Shown: piece by piece, positions 1 through 9,902 of the stretch
Position numbering within the stretch: the stretch's first letter is position 1
Layout: each line of letters opens with the position of its first letter
Origin: Methanocaldococcus sp. 28A
GTDB taxonomy: Archaea; AGJL01; Methanococci; Methanococcales; Methanocaldococcaceae
Assembly (NCBI GenBank): GCA_049852185.1
Contig: CP187540.1
Length of the DNA stretch: 64,000 bases
Strand: one strand, 5' to 3'
Notes under the pieces: generated by a model
Database searches by the model: none
What the model was told of the DNA's origin: nothing
What the model saw: the letters and a program-made list of their open reading frames with translations, nothing else
Program-made: the position numbers and the translations under genes

Positions 1-887
1 ACTACATCAGCATCTACTGGATGTTCTTTAGCTAAAATTTTTCCAATTCTCTTTCTAACCTTATAGACGCTAATACCATCAATTGTTGAATCAGGTCTTG
101 CAAAATACACATACTCAAACATACACGTTGTAGCTCCTTTATATATTGAAGGCATATCATTATTCACAGGATTGTATTCAGGAATTTCATAATCCAATTT
201 ATGAGATATCATTTCTCCATTTTTAATTTCTATAATCTCTCCTGGCTCAATATCTTTAACAAATTCAGCATCTAAGGTAGTTAATGCACAATCCTCAGAT
301 GATATGTAAATATTGCTATCATCTCTTCCAATACACAATGGTTTAAATCCCCAAGGGTCTCTAACAGCAATTAAAGAATCATTAAACATTATTAAAAGTG
401 AATAAGCTCCAACAAGTTTTTTCAATGTATTTTTTATTGCTTCAATCTTATCAGATGTTTTCAACAACTCTCTAACTAAAAGTTGAGCTATAACTTCAGA
501 ATCTGTTGAGGATGTGAATATATGCCCTTTCATCTCTAATTCTCTTCTTAATTCATTTGAATTTACTAAATCTCCATTATGGGCTATGGCTATATTGCCA
601 AATGAACTTTTAACAACAAACGGCTGACAGTTTTCAACAGCCTTTCCTCCAGTTGTTGAATATCTTACATGTCCAATTCCTATATATCCAAATAAATTTT
701 GCAATGTCTCATTTTTAAAGACATCTGTAACCAATCCAATATTTTTATAGTAGTGTATGTTTTTTCCATCACTTGTAGCAATTCCAGCACCTTCTTGCCC
801 TCTATGTTGTAAAGCAAACAATCCATAATAAATTCTCTTAGCAACGTTCATTTTTTCGTAAGAATATACGCCGAATATCCCGCACAT
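1..887 (-). CDS. purF: Amidophosphoribosyltransferase, 5' part (gene runs off the window's left edge)
   Basis: Not in the ORF track. The minus strand reads MCGIFG..ALQHRGQEGAG..GHVRYSTTG..AHNGDL..RDPWGFKPL; gene is adjacent to purM. Confidence 0.95.
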   Translation of the reverse strand, partial: MCGIFGVYSYEKMNVAKRIYYGLFALQHRGQEGAGIATSDGKNIHYYKNIGLVTDVFKNETLQNLFGYIGIGHVRYSTTGGKAVENCQPFVVKSSFGNIAIAHNGDLVNSNELRRELEMKGHIFTSSTDSEVIAQLLVRELLKTSDKIEAIKNTLKKLVGAYSLLIMFNDSLIAVRDPWGFKPLCIGRDDSNIYISSEDCALTTLDAEFVKDIEPGEIIEIKNGEMISHKLDYEIPEYNPVNNDMPSIYKGATTCMFEYVYFARPDSTIDGISVYKVRKRIGKILAKEHPVDADV

Positions 888-1030
888 ATTAAAAACCCAA
901 TTTATTTTTGTTTTTTAATTTAGTAAATATATGCAGGAATAAATGTTTTAAGGCATCTAAATACAGAGAATATATAAAAAGAAACTAAGAAAAAATTAAG
1001 AAAACTAAAAAGTTAAAATCTATCCTCGAT

Positions 1031-2083
1031 TTACTCTAATATAATGAACTTATCGTTGTATTTAACAACTGATTTACCTACAACTTTTTTTCCATTAACT
1101 TCTAAGCTATCTACAACTCTACCTATTATCTGAGCTGGGATATTATATTTATTAGCTATTTTTATAACTTTGTTAGCATCTTCTTCATCAACAATTACAC
1201 AGAATCCAATACCCATATTAAATGTTCTAAACATCTCTTCATCTGGAACATTTCCTAATCTCTGGATTTCTTTAAATATTGGTAATGGTTCTGGAAGGTT
1301 ATTAATATAGTAAATTACTTTATCATTCAACCTCTTAAGTTTTCTAAAGCTACCTCCAGTTATGTGGGCTAAACCTTTAACATTAATATCCTTATCTCTA
1401 ACCATCTCTAAAACTGGTTTTACATAAATCTTTGTTGGTGTTAATAGCTCTTCGGCAACGGTCTTTCCATAAGAGAGCTTGTCATTAATATCTAACTTAG
1501 CTATGTCAAAAAATACCTTCCTTGCTAAAGATAACCCATTACTGTGTATTCCTGAGCTTCTTAATCCAACAATTACATCTCCTGATTTAACATCTTTTCC
1601 ACTTATAATTTCATCTTTTTTAATTATTGCTAAAACAGTTCCTGCCAAATCAATTCCTTTAATCATGTCTGGTAAAGTGGCTGTTTCTCCACCAACAATA
1701 TTTATATTTGCCTCCTTAGCTCCTTCATTTAATCCCTTTCCAATTTGCTCAGCTATCTCTTCAGTTATATGCCCAACTGCTAAGTAATCAACCAATGCTA
1801 TTGGTTCTGCTCCTATACAGATAGCATCATTTACATTCATAGCTATCATATCTATTCCAACTGTATCAAACTTATTAGCCATCTCTGCAACTATCATCTT
1901 ACTTCCAACACCATCAGTAGATAAAACTAAATAATAATCTCCAAACTCAACAGCTCCTGCATAATGCAATCCTAACTCAGCGGGCTTTATATCTTCCCTT
2001 TTAAATGTTATCTGTGAAACTAATGCCTTAATTACTCTATCTTCATGTGATATATCTACTCCTGCATCTTTGTAAGTAACCAT
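1031..2083 (-). CDS. purM: Phosphoribosylformylglycinamidine cyclo-ligase (AIR synthetase)
   Basis: Motifs YKDAGVD, TDGVGSK, GGETA, SGIHSNG, AHITGG, TFNMGIG. Confidence 0.97.
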   Translation of the reverse strand: MVTYKDAGVDISHEDRVIKALVSQITFKREDIKPAELGLHYAGAVEFGDYYLVLSTDGVGSKMIVAEMANKFDTVGIDMIAMNVNDAICIGAEPIALVDYLAVGHITEEIAEQIGKGLNEGAKEANINIVGGETATLPDMIKGIDLAGTVLAIIKKDEIISGKDVKSGDVIVGLRSSGIHSNGLSLARKVFFDIAKLDINDKLSYGKTVAEELLTPTKIYVKPVLEMVRDKDINVKGLAHITGGSFRKLKRLNDKVIYYINNLPEPLPIFKEIQRLGNVPDEEMFRTFNMGIGFCVIVDEEDANKVIKIANKYNIPAQIIGRVVDSLEVNGKKVVGKSVVKYNDKFIILE

Positions 2084-2120
2084 AATAATCTCCTCAAATT
2101 ATTTTTTTTCTAAGAGATTT

Positions 2121-2999
2121 TTACCTTTTTAACAATACATTATCTCCTACATTAACACCAATGTTCTCAGCAACTGGCTTACATTTTGCCTTCAATATAT
2201 AATAAACTGGCTTGTCTATCCTATTTTCATATTCTGTTAAACTTTCATAATTGCCCATTCCTTTTGCTATAATTAAATCAGCACTTTCAAACTCTTTTAA
2301 AAATTCTTCTGAACACTCTTCTAAAATAATTCCTATAATATCTGAGCCTGTTGTTATTACTTTAGCTATCTCATCAATCTTTGCTATTTTTGCATCCTCT
2401 AATGTAGCATCATTTAGAATTGGTTTTCCTTTAACAACTGCAACAATATCTTTGTTATATTTTTTAATCTCTTCCATTAAAATCCTATCAAAAATAATCT
2501 CTCCAGCGTTATCACATATATATAAAATCTTTTTTATGTTTTTATCTTTTAAATCATTTAAAAGCTCTTTGCTATTATCTATCTTTAACTCCCCATTTAA
2601 TGTATCTTCAATTAACTTTTCAATATTTATCCCTGTGCTGTAAGCCCCAAAGTCAATAACATTCCCTGCTATTGTTGCTAAAACCTTCTTTCTCAATCTC
2701 TCAATTTCATCTTCTATATTACTCATTTCTCTAACTTTATCTAAATACTGCAAAGCTATTTTGTTTGCTTTATCTTTTAAATTTTTATAAGGGTCGTTGT
2801 TATTGCTAATTTTCTTTAAATATCTATGAACTATAGTTCCCATCCATGCTGGAACTGCACTCTCACCATAAACATCTTTAATAACTTCCATAGTACTTTT
2901 TATTAATCTAAATTGCTCTTTCTCATCAGCGGTTATTTCATTGACAGCATCAACAACCTGCCTTATTATACATATAGCACATTCTGGCTTTAGTTTCAT
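2121..2999 (-). CDS. DUF89/ARMT1-family damage-control phosphatase
   Basis: N-terminal CxxC plus GNxIDFG, DNAGE, LND and KGMGNYE motifs. Confidence 0.88.
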   Translation of the reverse strand: MKLKPECAICIIRQVVDAVNEITADEKEQFRLIKSTMEVIKDVYGESAVPAWMGTIVHRYLKKISNNNDPYKNLKDKANKIALQYLDKVREMSNIEDEIERLRKKVLATIAGNVIDFGAYSTGINIEKLIEDTLNGELKIDNSKELLNDLKDKNIKKILYICDNAGEIIFDRILMEEIKKYNKDIVAVVKGKPILNDATLEDAKIAKIDEIAKVITTGSDIIGIILEECSEEFLKEFESADLIIAKGMGNYESLTEYENRIDKPVYYILKAKCKPVAENIGVNVGDNVLLKR

Positions 3000-3082
3000 A
3001 ATTATCCCTCCACGACATAAGTTTTGTGTAAAGGTGATTATAATTAAATTAAGTAATAAAATTATATCATAAGGCGATAGAT

Positions 3083-3565
3083 ATGATTAACCTCGAAATA
3101 TTTAAAGAATTTCTACTAAACCTTATAAAGGATTATGGATATTTTGGCATTTTCTTAGTGGGATTTTCTGAACCAATATTTCAACCTTTTCCAACAGAGA
3201 TATTTATTGCCGCTGGATTATTAGCTGGATTAGATTGGAGGTTGGTTTGGATTATTTCAACAGTTGCTTGCAACTTTGGGGCTGCAGTTACCTATTATCT
3301 TGCAATGACTTATGGAGAAAAATTAATGTTAAAGTTATTTGAAAAGGAAAAAATAGAAAAAAGTAGATATTATATAAAAAAGTGGGGTATTTTAGGCGTT
3401 ATTATTCTAAGTTTTACCCCTATACCTTTTGAAGTAATTTGTTGGGTGTGTGGAAGTTTAAGGATGCCATTTGATGAATATATGGTAGCAGTATTTTTAA
3501 GTAGGCTAATTAGGCATGGGATGGTTATTCTACCATTTGTTTTAAAAAATCACATTCATTTTTGA
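3083..3565 (+). CDS. DedA/YqaA (SNARE-associated) membrane protein
   Basis: Hydrophobic; FSEPIFQPFP and FTPIPF motifs; paralog of the N-terminal half of 30252..31265. Confidence 0.85.
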   Translation: MINLEIFKEFLLNLIKDYGYFGIFLVGFSEPIFQPFPTEIFIAAGLLAGLDWRLVWIISTVACNFGAAVTYYLAMTYGEKLMLKLFEKEKIEKSRYYIKKWGILGVIILSFTPIPFEVICWVCGSLRMPFDEYMVAVFLSRLIRHGMVILPFVLKNHIHF

Positions 3566-3566
3566 G

Positions 3567-3678
3567 TATAGCTTTGTGTAAAAGTTTTTATGAAAAAACG
3601 GCATTAATGAATATCTTTTCAAAAGGAAGGCATTTAAATTGTCCTTATAAAGTTTAATTTATTTTGCACAAAGCTATA
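3567..3678. repeat. ~110-bp palindromic intergenic repeat, family A (MJRE/MITE-like), copy 1
   Basis: Ends TATAGCTTTGTGTAAAA ... TTTTGCACAAAGCTATA (16/17 inverted match); shared core GGCATTAATGAAT..TTC..AAGGAAGGCATT. Confidence 0.85.
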
Positions 3679-3731
3679 ATACTATAAACAAAAAATTTCA
3701 TAAACAGAATTTTATATTAAAAACTATTATC

Positions 3732-3843
3732 TATAGTTTTGTGCAAAAGTATTTATAATGAATAAGGCATTAATGAATGTCTTCCTTTTAGAAGACATTT
3801 AAATTTTCATTATAAAGTTTATTTTGTTTTGCACACAACTATA
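3732..3843. repeat. Family A palindromic repeat, copy 2
   Basis: TATAGTTTTGTGCAAAA ... TTTTGCACACAACTATA with the same internal core. Confidence 0.85.
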
Positions 3844-3859
3844 TTTTTGGTGATGAAAT

Positions 3860-4108
3860 ATGTGTTTGGCTATTCCATGTAAAGTTGTTGAGATTATAGA
3901 GGAAGATGGAGAAAAATATGCAATAGCAGAATATAAAGGAGTTAAACAAAAGGCAAAATTAACACTCTTAGATAAAGAGGTTAAAATAGGAGATTATATA
4001 TTAATCCACACTGGTTATGCTTTAGAGGTTTTAAGTGAAGAAGATGCCAAATTAAGTTTAGAAGCTTGGGAAGAGCTATTTAAAGCATTAGAAGAAATGG
4101 AACAATAA
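3860..4108 (+). CDS. hypC: [NiFe]-hydrogenase maturation chaperone HypC
   Basis: MCLAIP N-terminus; [11 protein letters not shown]. Confidence 0.96.
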
Positions 4109-4149
4109 AAAAGCAAATTTTACAGAAAAGAATTGAAATTTTTACTCTT

Positions 4150-4338
4150 TTATTCTGGTTCAACTTTTACAGCTCCTGTTGGGCAGACATCTTCACAAAC
4201 TCCACAATAAGTGCAATCCTCTTCTCTTGCAACAACTACTTTATCCCCATCAATTTCAAAAACTTCCATTGGGCAGTTATTTACACACTCTGCACACTCA
4301 GCTCCTTTGCATATATTGTAATCAATTGTTACAGCCAT
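4150..4338 (-). CDS. 2x[4Fe-4S] ferredoxin
   Basis: Two Cys clusters (CKGAECAECVNNCP, CTYCGVCEDVCP); start moved to the ATG after a GAGGTG RBS. Confidence 0.93.
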   Translation of the reverse strand: MAVTIDYNICKGAECAECVNNCPMEVFEIDGDKVVVAREEDCTYCGVCEDVCPTGAVKVEPE

Positions 4339-4433
4339 TATTACCACCTCTAACACTTAATAATAGATTTAAATTATGGTTTCTATTTTCAGTATAAATA
4401 ATTATCGGAAAAAATGTTAAAAAAATAAAAAAA

Positions 4434-5378
4434 TTAAAACCTTCTAATATTTGGATTAACTATCGTTCTCTCTATATTCCAAACTTCATTTAGCACATTT
4501 GAAGACATGGCAGTTCTTAAAAAAGGAACTTTGAAACTAACAGATACATGTGCAAATGATGAGTTGTTTCCAAATATTACTGGATAAAGCCCTTTGTCCA
4601 TAATGTAATTTATATAATAATACATCTCAGTTATTGTTCCCATCTCATAAGGGTAAATTTTAACAAAATCGCCTTCTTCATAAATGCTATCTGTGCATAG
4701 GAATCCATCAAATTCTACAGGCTCTTCAACCTCTAAATAGTCAATTTGAGATAAATCCTTATCTTTAACAATCTCTTTTTTAGAGCTAAGTCCTAATAAA
4801 ATATCTAAATCTTCATCTTCTTTGATTTCATCTATTAAATCTCTAATCTTTGGAATCTCATTAAATATATCTTTGCAAATATATGAACCATTAATATTTA
4901 TAATGTCATAATCTTCTGATAAAATATCTGTAAGTTTTAAATACAAATTAACAATATCCTCTATAGATTCTGCCATAACTATTGGAATTAATTCATTGTT
5001 ATTTTTATCAACCAATATTCCAGAGGCAACTATAGGTAAGTCAGTTGTTAAAGCCCCTCCTAAGAATTTAAACAAAGGAATATCTAAGCTGTTTGAAGCT
5101 GCTCTTGCTACGCTAATAGAGATACCCATTGCTACAGTAGGATTATCAACTGATGTTTCACAAATTAATGTATCGATGAAATCAATATCTGTTGCTGGAT
5201 AACCTATAAGTTCTGGGGCTATGACATTTTCAACATCCGCTATTGCTTCCTCTGGATTATTCACTTCAATGATGTCATAGCCAATAGATATGTTTGTCAT
5301 TGTTGTAATCATTACCTTAATTTTAGCTCCTTTAAAAACTTCTTTTGCACTTATTTTTTCAATAATAACATTTGTCAA
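4434..5378 (-). CDS. Truncated, degenerate enolase-like protein
   Basis: Enolase N-domain signature (IAPELIG, ISISVARAA, IPLFKFLGG); only 314 aa; occupies the usual enolase slot after rpoK. Confidence 0.7.
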   Translation of the reverse strand: MTNVIIEKISAKEVFKGAKIKVMITTMTNISIGYDIIEVNNPEEAIADVENVIAPELIGYPATDIDFIDTLICETSVDNPTVAMGISISVARAASNSLDIPLFKFLGGALTTDLPIVASGILVDKNNNELIPIVMAESIEDIVNLYLKLTDILSEDYDIININGSYICKDIFNEIPKIRDLIDEIKEDEDLDILLGLSSKKEIVKDKDLSQIDYLEVEEPVEFDGFLCTDSIYEEGDFVKIYPYEMGTITEMYYYINYIMDKGLYPVIFGNNSSFAHVSVSFKVPFLRTAMSSNVLNEVWNIERTIVNPNIRRF

Positions 5379-5412
5379 TTACATCCACCTCAATTAAAAA
5401 ATAATTATAATT

Positions 5413-5555
5413 TTACGCTTTTGCAGGTCTTATTGGCTTTAATGGCATAGAAGCAAAGCTTCTATTGCTATACTTCAGAGCAGGGTTCACTACATTCAGC
5501 CCCACTTTTTAGTTAAAAGAGTTTATACCTTCATAGGTCTTATCGGCTTTAATGG
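5413..5555. repeat. 77-bp two-hairpin insert (5446-5522) between imperfect 33-bp direct repeats of the rpoK 3' end
   Basis: 5413-5445 vs 5523-5555 match at 26/33; insert begins CATAGAAGC-AAA-GCTTCTATTG-CT-ATACT. Confidence 0.8.
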
Positions 5556-5696
5556 AACTTTTCCTTGTTTAATTTCTTCATATGCTATTTTTAATGAAGT
5601 ATCACATTTTATTTCTATTGTTGCATAAGCCCCATTAGATATTTGCAAACTCCTCGCCCCCAATATTCTCGCAATCTCAAATTTTGTTAATTTCAA
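5523..5696 (-). CDS. rpoK: DNA-directed RNA polymerase subunit K (Rpo6), 57 aa
   Basis: Missed by the ORF track. TTG start after an AGGTGA RBS; MKLTKFEIARILGARSLQIS...IAYEEIKQGKVPLKPIRPMKV*. Confidence 0.95.
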   Translation of the reverse strand: MKLTKFEIARILGARSLQISNGAYATIEIKCDTSLKIAYEEIKQGKVPLKPIRPMKV

Positions 5697-5724
5697 TCTC
5701 TCACCTCTAAAAATAATATAATAT

Positions 5725-5801
5725 TAGAACTTTCGCAGAAATAAATGTTGTTTATACGGAATATGGATGCTCTATCAATATATAAAAATGCGAAAGACGT
5801 A
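5725..5801. repeat. Degenerate palindromic repeat, family B
   Basis: TAGAACTTTCGCA ... TGCGAAAGACGTA inverted ends (10/13); similar ends at 59111/59351. Confidence 0.55.
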
Positions 5802-5812
5802 TAAAAATTAAA

Positions 5813-5889
5813 TGGTGGGGCCGCCGGGACTTGAACCCGGGTCGCACGCCCCCCAAGCGCACAGGATGTCCAGGCTACCCCACGGCCCC
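5813..5889 (-). tRNA. tRNA-Pro(GGG)
   Basis: GGGGCCG..CGGCCCC-A-CCA acceptor, TTCAAGT T-loop, anticodon loop TTGGGGG. Confidence 0.96.
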
Positions 5890-5906
5890 ATCTAAAAATT
5901 AATAAG

Positions 5907-6128
5907 TTATAAAAGCTTTTCATCGTGAGCTATTATCTCGTCAATAATCTCTTTTCCATCCTCGCTTATTCTATAGGAGATAAACATCCTCCTACAGCAA
6001 TATTTTTTAATTCCCAAATCATCTAAAACATCTTTTGGACTCTCTCCTTTTAAAATTCTTTCTTTATACTCTTCAAAAACCTCAGCAATAACATTACCAC
6101 AGGAAAAACATCTAATAGGAAACATCAT
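5907..6128 (-). CDS. rpoN: RNA polymerase subunit N (Rpo10)
   Basis: MMFPIRCFSCG...KYCCRRM; start moved to the ATG after GGTGA. Confidence 0.97.
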   Translation of the reverse strand: MMFPIRCFSCGNVIAEVFEEYKERILKGESPKDVLDDLGIKKYCCRRMFISYRISEDGKEIIDEIIAHDEKLL

Positions 6129-6185
6129 ATTTCTCACCCAAATAGAAAGAAAAAATAATATTTTTTCCAAAAAATAAAAATGGAT

Positions 6186-6596
6186 TTATCTGTATGACTT
6201 TTGTCTCTTTGCTCTTGGCCCTTTTGTAGATCTACTTGGTTTGTGAGGCTCTGTTCTTCTTGCATCGCTAACTAATAATGTTCTATCGTAAGCTAAGAAT
6301 TTATCTCTCAACTCTTTGCTACCTGTAAATTCAACAATTGCCTTACCAATAGCTGTTCTTGCAGCATCCATTTGACCCATTACTCCTCCGCCTTTAACTG
6401 TAACATCAATATCCATTTGGCTAATAACTTCTTCTCCAGCTAATAAAATTGGTTCCATTAACTTCATTCTTTTATATTTAGGCTCAATTAACTCAATAGG
6501 TATTTTATTTATTCTTATTCTTCCCTTCCCTTCTCTTGCAACTGCTCTCGCAATAGCTCTCTTTCTTTTACCAACTGTCATGACAATTTTTCCCAT
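6186..6596 (-). CDS. rps9: 30S ribosomal protein S9
   Basis: [26 protein letters not shown]. Confidence 0.98.
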   Translation of the reverse strand: MGKIVMTVGKRKRAIARAVAREGKGRIRINKIPIELIEPKYKRMKLMEPILLAGEEVISQMDIDVTVKGGGVMGQMDAARTAIGKAIVEFTGSKELRDKFLAYDRTLLVSDARRTEPHKPSRSTKGPRAKRQKSYR

Positions 6597-6605
6597 TTAA
6601 TCACC

Positions 6606-7019
6606 TCAGAACTTCGCTCCTAAGTGTTTGCTTAACTCAGCTAATGTTATATATTTTGTAGTGTTTAATTTGTGGCTTATTTTTTCATCAACTGTTAAGT
6701 TTTTAGGGTTTCCTACATAAACTTTAACTCTCTTAAATGCTTCTCTTCCTTTTGGTTTTTTGTAAGGTAGCATTTTTCTGATAGTTCTTCTTAATATGTC
6801 ATCTGGCCTTCTTGGGAATTTAGGTCCAAATCTTCTTGGGTTAGCAACGTTTTTCTTTTCCCTCTCTTCTTGGTAAGTTTTTATAATCCAATCTCTATTT
6901 CCAGTTATAACTACCTTCTCAGCATTTACTATAACAATTTCTTCTCCTCTCAAAACTCTCTTAGCAACTTCTGAAGCCAATCTTCCTAATATCGCTCCTT
7001 CAGCATCTATTACTGTCAT
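6606..7019 (-). CDS. rpl13: 50S ribosomal protein L13
   Basis: IDAEGAILGRLAS, RKMLPYKK. Confidence 0.97.
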   Translation of the reverse strand: MTVIDAEGAILGRLASEVAKRVLRGEEIVIVNAEKVVITGNRDWIIKTYQEEREKKNVANPRRFGPKFPRRPDDILRRTIRKMLPYKKPKGREAFKRVKVYVGNPKNLTVDEKISHKLNTTKYITLAELSKHLGAKF

Positions 7020-7034
7020 TATTATCACCGTGTT

Positions 7035-7397
7035 TTATGCCATAATTTTTACATTTGAACCTTTTGGATTTCTTTTTATTAATTCTTCTATTGTTATTGC
7101 TTCTCCACCAGCTTCTTCAATCAATTTTTTAGCCGTTTCACTAAATGCAAATGCTGCAACAACAACTTTATGCTCTAACTTCCCAGCCCCCAAAACTTTA
7201 CCAGGAACTAAAACAACATCTCCTTCTTTTGTGTATCTGTTTATCTTACTTAAATTTACTTCTGCTCTCCTTCTTCTTGGTTTTGCTAACCTTCTTGCAA
7301 TATCCTTCCAAATCTTTGCCTGATTTTTATAACTTTCTTGCTTTAATATCTCAATTAACTTAATTAATCTTGGGTTTGTAGCTGCTATTTTTCTCAT
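7035..7397 (-). CDS. rpl18e: 50S ribosomal protein L18e
   Basis: [31 protein letters not shown]. Confidence 0.97.
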   Translation of the reverse strand: MRKIAATNPRLIKLIEILKQESYKNQAKIWKDIARRLAKPRRRRAEVNLSKINRYTKEGDVVLVPGKVLGAGKLEHKVVVAAFAFSETAKKLIEEAGGEAITIEELIKRNPKGSNVKIMA

Positions 7398-7472
7398 AAT
7401 CTCACCGTGTTTTCCTCCAAACCTTTTATAATTAAAGGTTTGATTGATAATTTAAAATAAAAGAATATTTCA

Positions 7473-8045
7473 TTACTCAATTAGTTCAAGCTGTTGTAAG
7501 AAACTTTCAGTTTTATTTTTTAGTATCTTAACAGCTTCTTCTAATATTTCTTCTGCTTCCATCTGTCCAAATGTTTCAACAAAAAACTCAACTTCATCTT
7601 CAGCAATTTGTTTATAGACAGCATTGCATGGTTGCCATTTTGCATGAATCTTTCCAATGCCTGGAATTGCTTCACATTCAATCTGTATTCTCTGCCCATT
7701 TCCTAATCTAACAATTGGGATGTTTTTGAAAGCAACCTCCCCATTATCAGATTTTAAATCTGATGAATAAACTGTGCAAGGACCCTCTTTTTCTAAGGTG
7801 AATGTTATAACTTCATTCTCTAAAAGTGGTTTTCCTTTAATAGGTATTAAACCTAATCTGTGTGCTAAAATCTCATCATCCATTGATGATGAGTTCTCAT
7901 ATATATAAACATCTTCAATAGCATAGGTTGGAACTTCAGAAATCATGATTCTTCTAATGGCATTAGAAAACGAAATTGGGGCTTTTAAAGAAAAAATAAA
8001 TTCTTCCCCAATTCTTGTCTTTTTCTTCTCTTTGATTGTAATCAA
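7473..8045 (-). CDS. rpoD: RNA polymerase subunit D (Rpo3), short form without the Fe-S domain
   Basis: NAIRRIMISEVP, DEILAHRLGLIP, HAKWQP. Confidence 0.97.
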   Translation of the reverse strand: MITIKEKKKTRIGEEFIFSLKAPISFSNAIRRIMISEVPTYAIEDVYIYENSSSMDDEILAHRLGLIPIKGKPLLENEVITFTLEKEGPCTVYSSDLKSDNGEVAFKNIPIVRLGNGQRIQIECEAIPGIGKIHAKWQPCNAVYKQIAEDEVEFFVETFGQMEAEEILEEAVKILKNKTESFLQQLELIE

Positions 8046-8056
8046 AGATTATCACC

Positions 8057-8446
8057 TTATTTTTTGAACCTCTTCTTAGGTGTTGTTCCATCATGTGGAA
8101 CTGGGGTAACGTCCTCAATTCTCCCAATTCTTAATCCTGCTCTTGCTAATGCTCTAATAGCTGCCTGAGCTCCAGGTCCAGGGTTTTTCTGCCCACTACC
8201 TCCTGGAGCTCTAACTTTTATGTGTATATTTTCAATTCCCCTTTCTTTTAAAACTTCTGCCAATTTGAATGCTGCCTGCATTGCTGCATAAGGAGAGCCC
8301 TCATCTCTCTGATTTTTTGTAACCATACCTCCAGAAACTCTTGCAATAGTCTCTGCTCCCGTAATGTCTGTTGCATGGATTATTGTATTGTTGTATGATG
8401 AATATATATGAACTATTCCCCATTTTTCCTTTTTTTGTTCTGCCAT
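8057..8446 (-). CDS. rps11: 30S ribosomal protein S11
   Basis: [22 protein letters not shown]. Confidence 0.98.
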   Translation of the reverse strand: MAEQKKEKWGIVHIYSSYNNTIIHATDITGAETIARVSGGMVTKNQRDEGSPYAAMQAAFKLAEVLKERGIENIHIKVRAPGGSGQKNPGPGAQAAIRALARAGLRIGRIEDVTPVPHDGTTPKKRFKK

Positions 8447-8465
8447 AGTGTTTCACCTTTAATTA

Positions 8466-9026
8466 TTATTTCTCTTGCACCTGTGTTTCTTCTGAGACTA
8501 ATCCAATGATTTTTGCTCTTTCTGGATGGTTTTCATCGTTGAATGGGGAGTTTTTAGCATAGCTGATTTTGTCTTCTTCTTCAACAGTTACCAGGTAGCT
8601 TGGAGCAGTAACAACTCTACCATTAACTGCTATATGTCCATGAATTATTAACTGTCTTGCCTGTCTTGGAGTTCTTGCCAATCCTTTTCTAAATACAAGT
8701 GTTTGTAATCTTCTTTCTAAGACGTCCTCAACAGTTAATGATAAGACATCATCAAGTGTTGGGTTTTCAATTCTTAAAATACCATATTTTTTCAATACGT
8801 TAAATAACTGAACAGCCTCTTTAGCTCCCTGCTCTGTTCTATCGCCAATTAACCTTCTTGCTTGTCTTCTGTATTTTCTTAAAATTGTCTCCGCTTTCCA
8901 AACTTCTCTTTTTCTTCTTAAACCATACTTTCTACATAATTCTTTTTCTCTTTCAATTCTCTCTTTAATCCATGGATGGTTTGGTGTTTCATATGTCTTT
9001 TTAAATCTTCTCCTTGGATCTCCCAT
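8466..9026 (-). CDS. rps4: 30S ribosomal protein S4
   Basis: [17 protein letters not shown]. Confidence 0.98.
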   Translation of the reverse strand: MGDPRRRFKKTYETPNHPWIKERIEREKELCRKYGLRRKREVWKAETILRKYRRQARRLIGDRTEQGAKEAVQLFNVLKKYGILRIENPTLDDVLSLTVEDVLERRLQTLVFRKGLARTPRQARQLIIHGHIAVNGRVVTAPSYLVTVEEEDKISYAKNSPFNDENHPERAKIIGLVSEETQVQEK

Positions 9027-9080
9027 CTAATCACCTTCAATAATTTTTTAACTGTTATATTGGGTGTTTTATATAATAAT

Positions 9081-9545
9081 TTATTTCCTTCTTCTTGAAA
9101 CCCCAACTGTTTGTCCTCTTCTAAATGTACTTCTTGTTCTCTGTCCTCTACATGGTAATCCAAGTTCGTGTCTAATTCCTCTATAACATCTAATTCTCTT
9201 CAATCTGTTGATGTCTTCTTGTTTTATAATAATTAACTCACTTTCAATAACGTGTTTATCTTCTCCAGTAGTATAATCTTTTCTTCTATTGAACATCCAT
9301 GATGGAATTCCAAATTTAGCCGGATCTGCTAATATCTCTTCAATTTTCTTAACTTCTTCATCTGTTAGGTAACCAGCTAATTTGTTAGGGTCTAATTTAG
9401 CAACTCTTACAATAGCTCTTGCCATGGCTTCTCCAACACCATAAATGTCTTGAAGAGCCATTACTAACTTTTTATTTCCGTCTAAATCTGTCCTTGAAAC
9501 TCTAATTAAGTATTTAAATTCAGAATTTTGCATATTCTCGGTCAA
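9081..9545 (-). CDS. rps13: 30S ribosomal protein S13
   Basis: [17 protein letters not shown]. Confidence 0.98.
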   Translation of the reverse strand: MTENMQNSEFKYLIRVSRTDLDGNKKLVMALQDIYGVGEAMARAIVRVAKLDPNKLAGYLTDEEVKKIEEILADPAKFGIPSWMFNRRKDYTTGEDKHVIESELIIIKQEDINRLKRIRCYRGIRHELGLPCRGQRTRSTFRRGQTVGVSRRRK

Positions 9546-9604
9546 GATTGCACCTCCATATTCGTGTTTTATAAAATAATATTAAAAAATAAAAAAATAA
9601 GTGA

Positions 9605-9690
9605 CGCGGAGGGGGGGATTTGAACCCCCGCGGGGCAAAGCCCCATGGGATCTCCAGTCCCACGCCGTAGCCGGGCTTGGCTACCTCCGC
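9605..9690 (-). tRNA. tRNA-Ser(GGA)
   Basis: GCGGAGG acceptor, anticodon loop CTGGAGA, long variable arm GGGGC-TTT-GCCCC, TTCAAAT T-loop. Confidence 0.96.
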
Positions 9691-9902
9691 ACTAAAACGT
9701 GTTTTATCATTCCATATACTCAATGTTATGATTAATTGTAGGTATAGTTATATATTATTTTCGGTTTTAACCACATGTTTGATATCAACTATAAATTTAT
9801 AAATATATTGATTAAGTAGAATTATGTAGCATATTCATAATAATATTAAGCAATAATTATTCCAAAGTCATATTTAAAAAATTTTATGAGGAGGATGACA
9901 TT

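Noticed and set aside
5413-5555. Reading the duplicated gene ends as a DGR template/variable repeat pair
   Set aside because: No reverse transcriptase in the window, the repeats are short, mismatches are not confined to adenines, and the 54.8-kb pair is identical.
5693-5923. 76-aa ORF from the track
   Set aside because: Overlaps tRNA-Pro; a GC-rich shadow ORF.
9520-9723. 67-aa ORF from the track
   Set aside because: Overlaps tRNA-Ser(GGA); shadow ORF.
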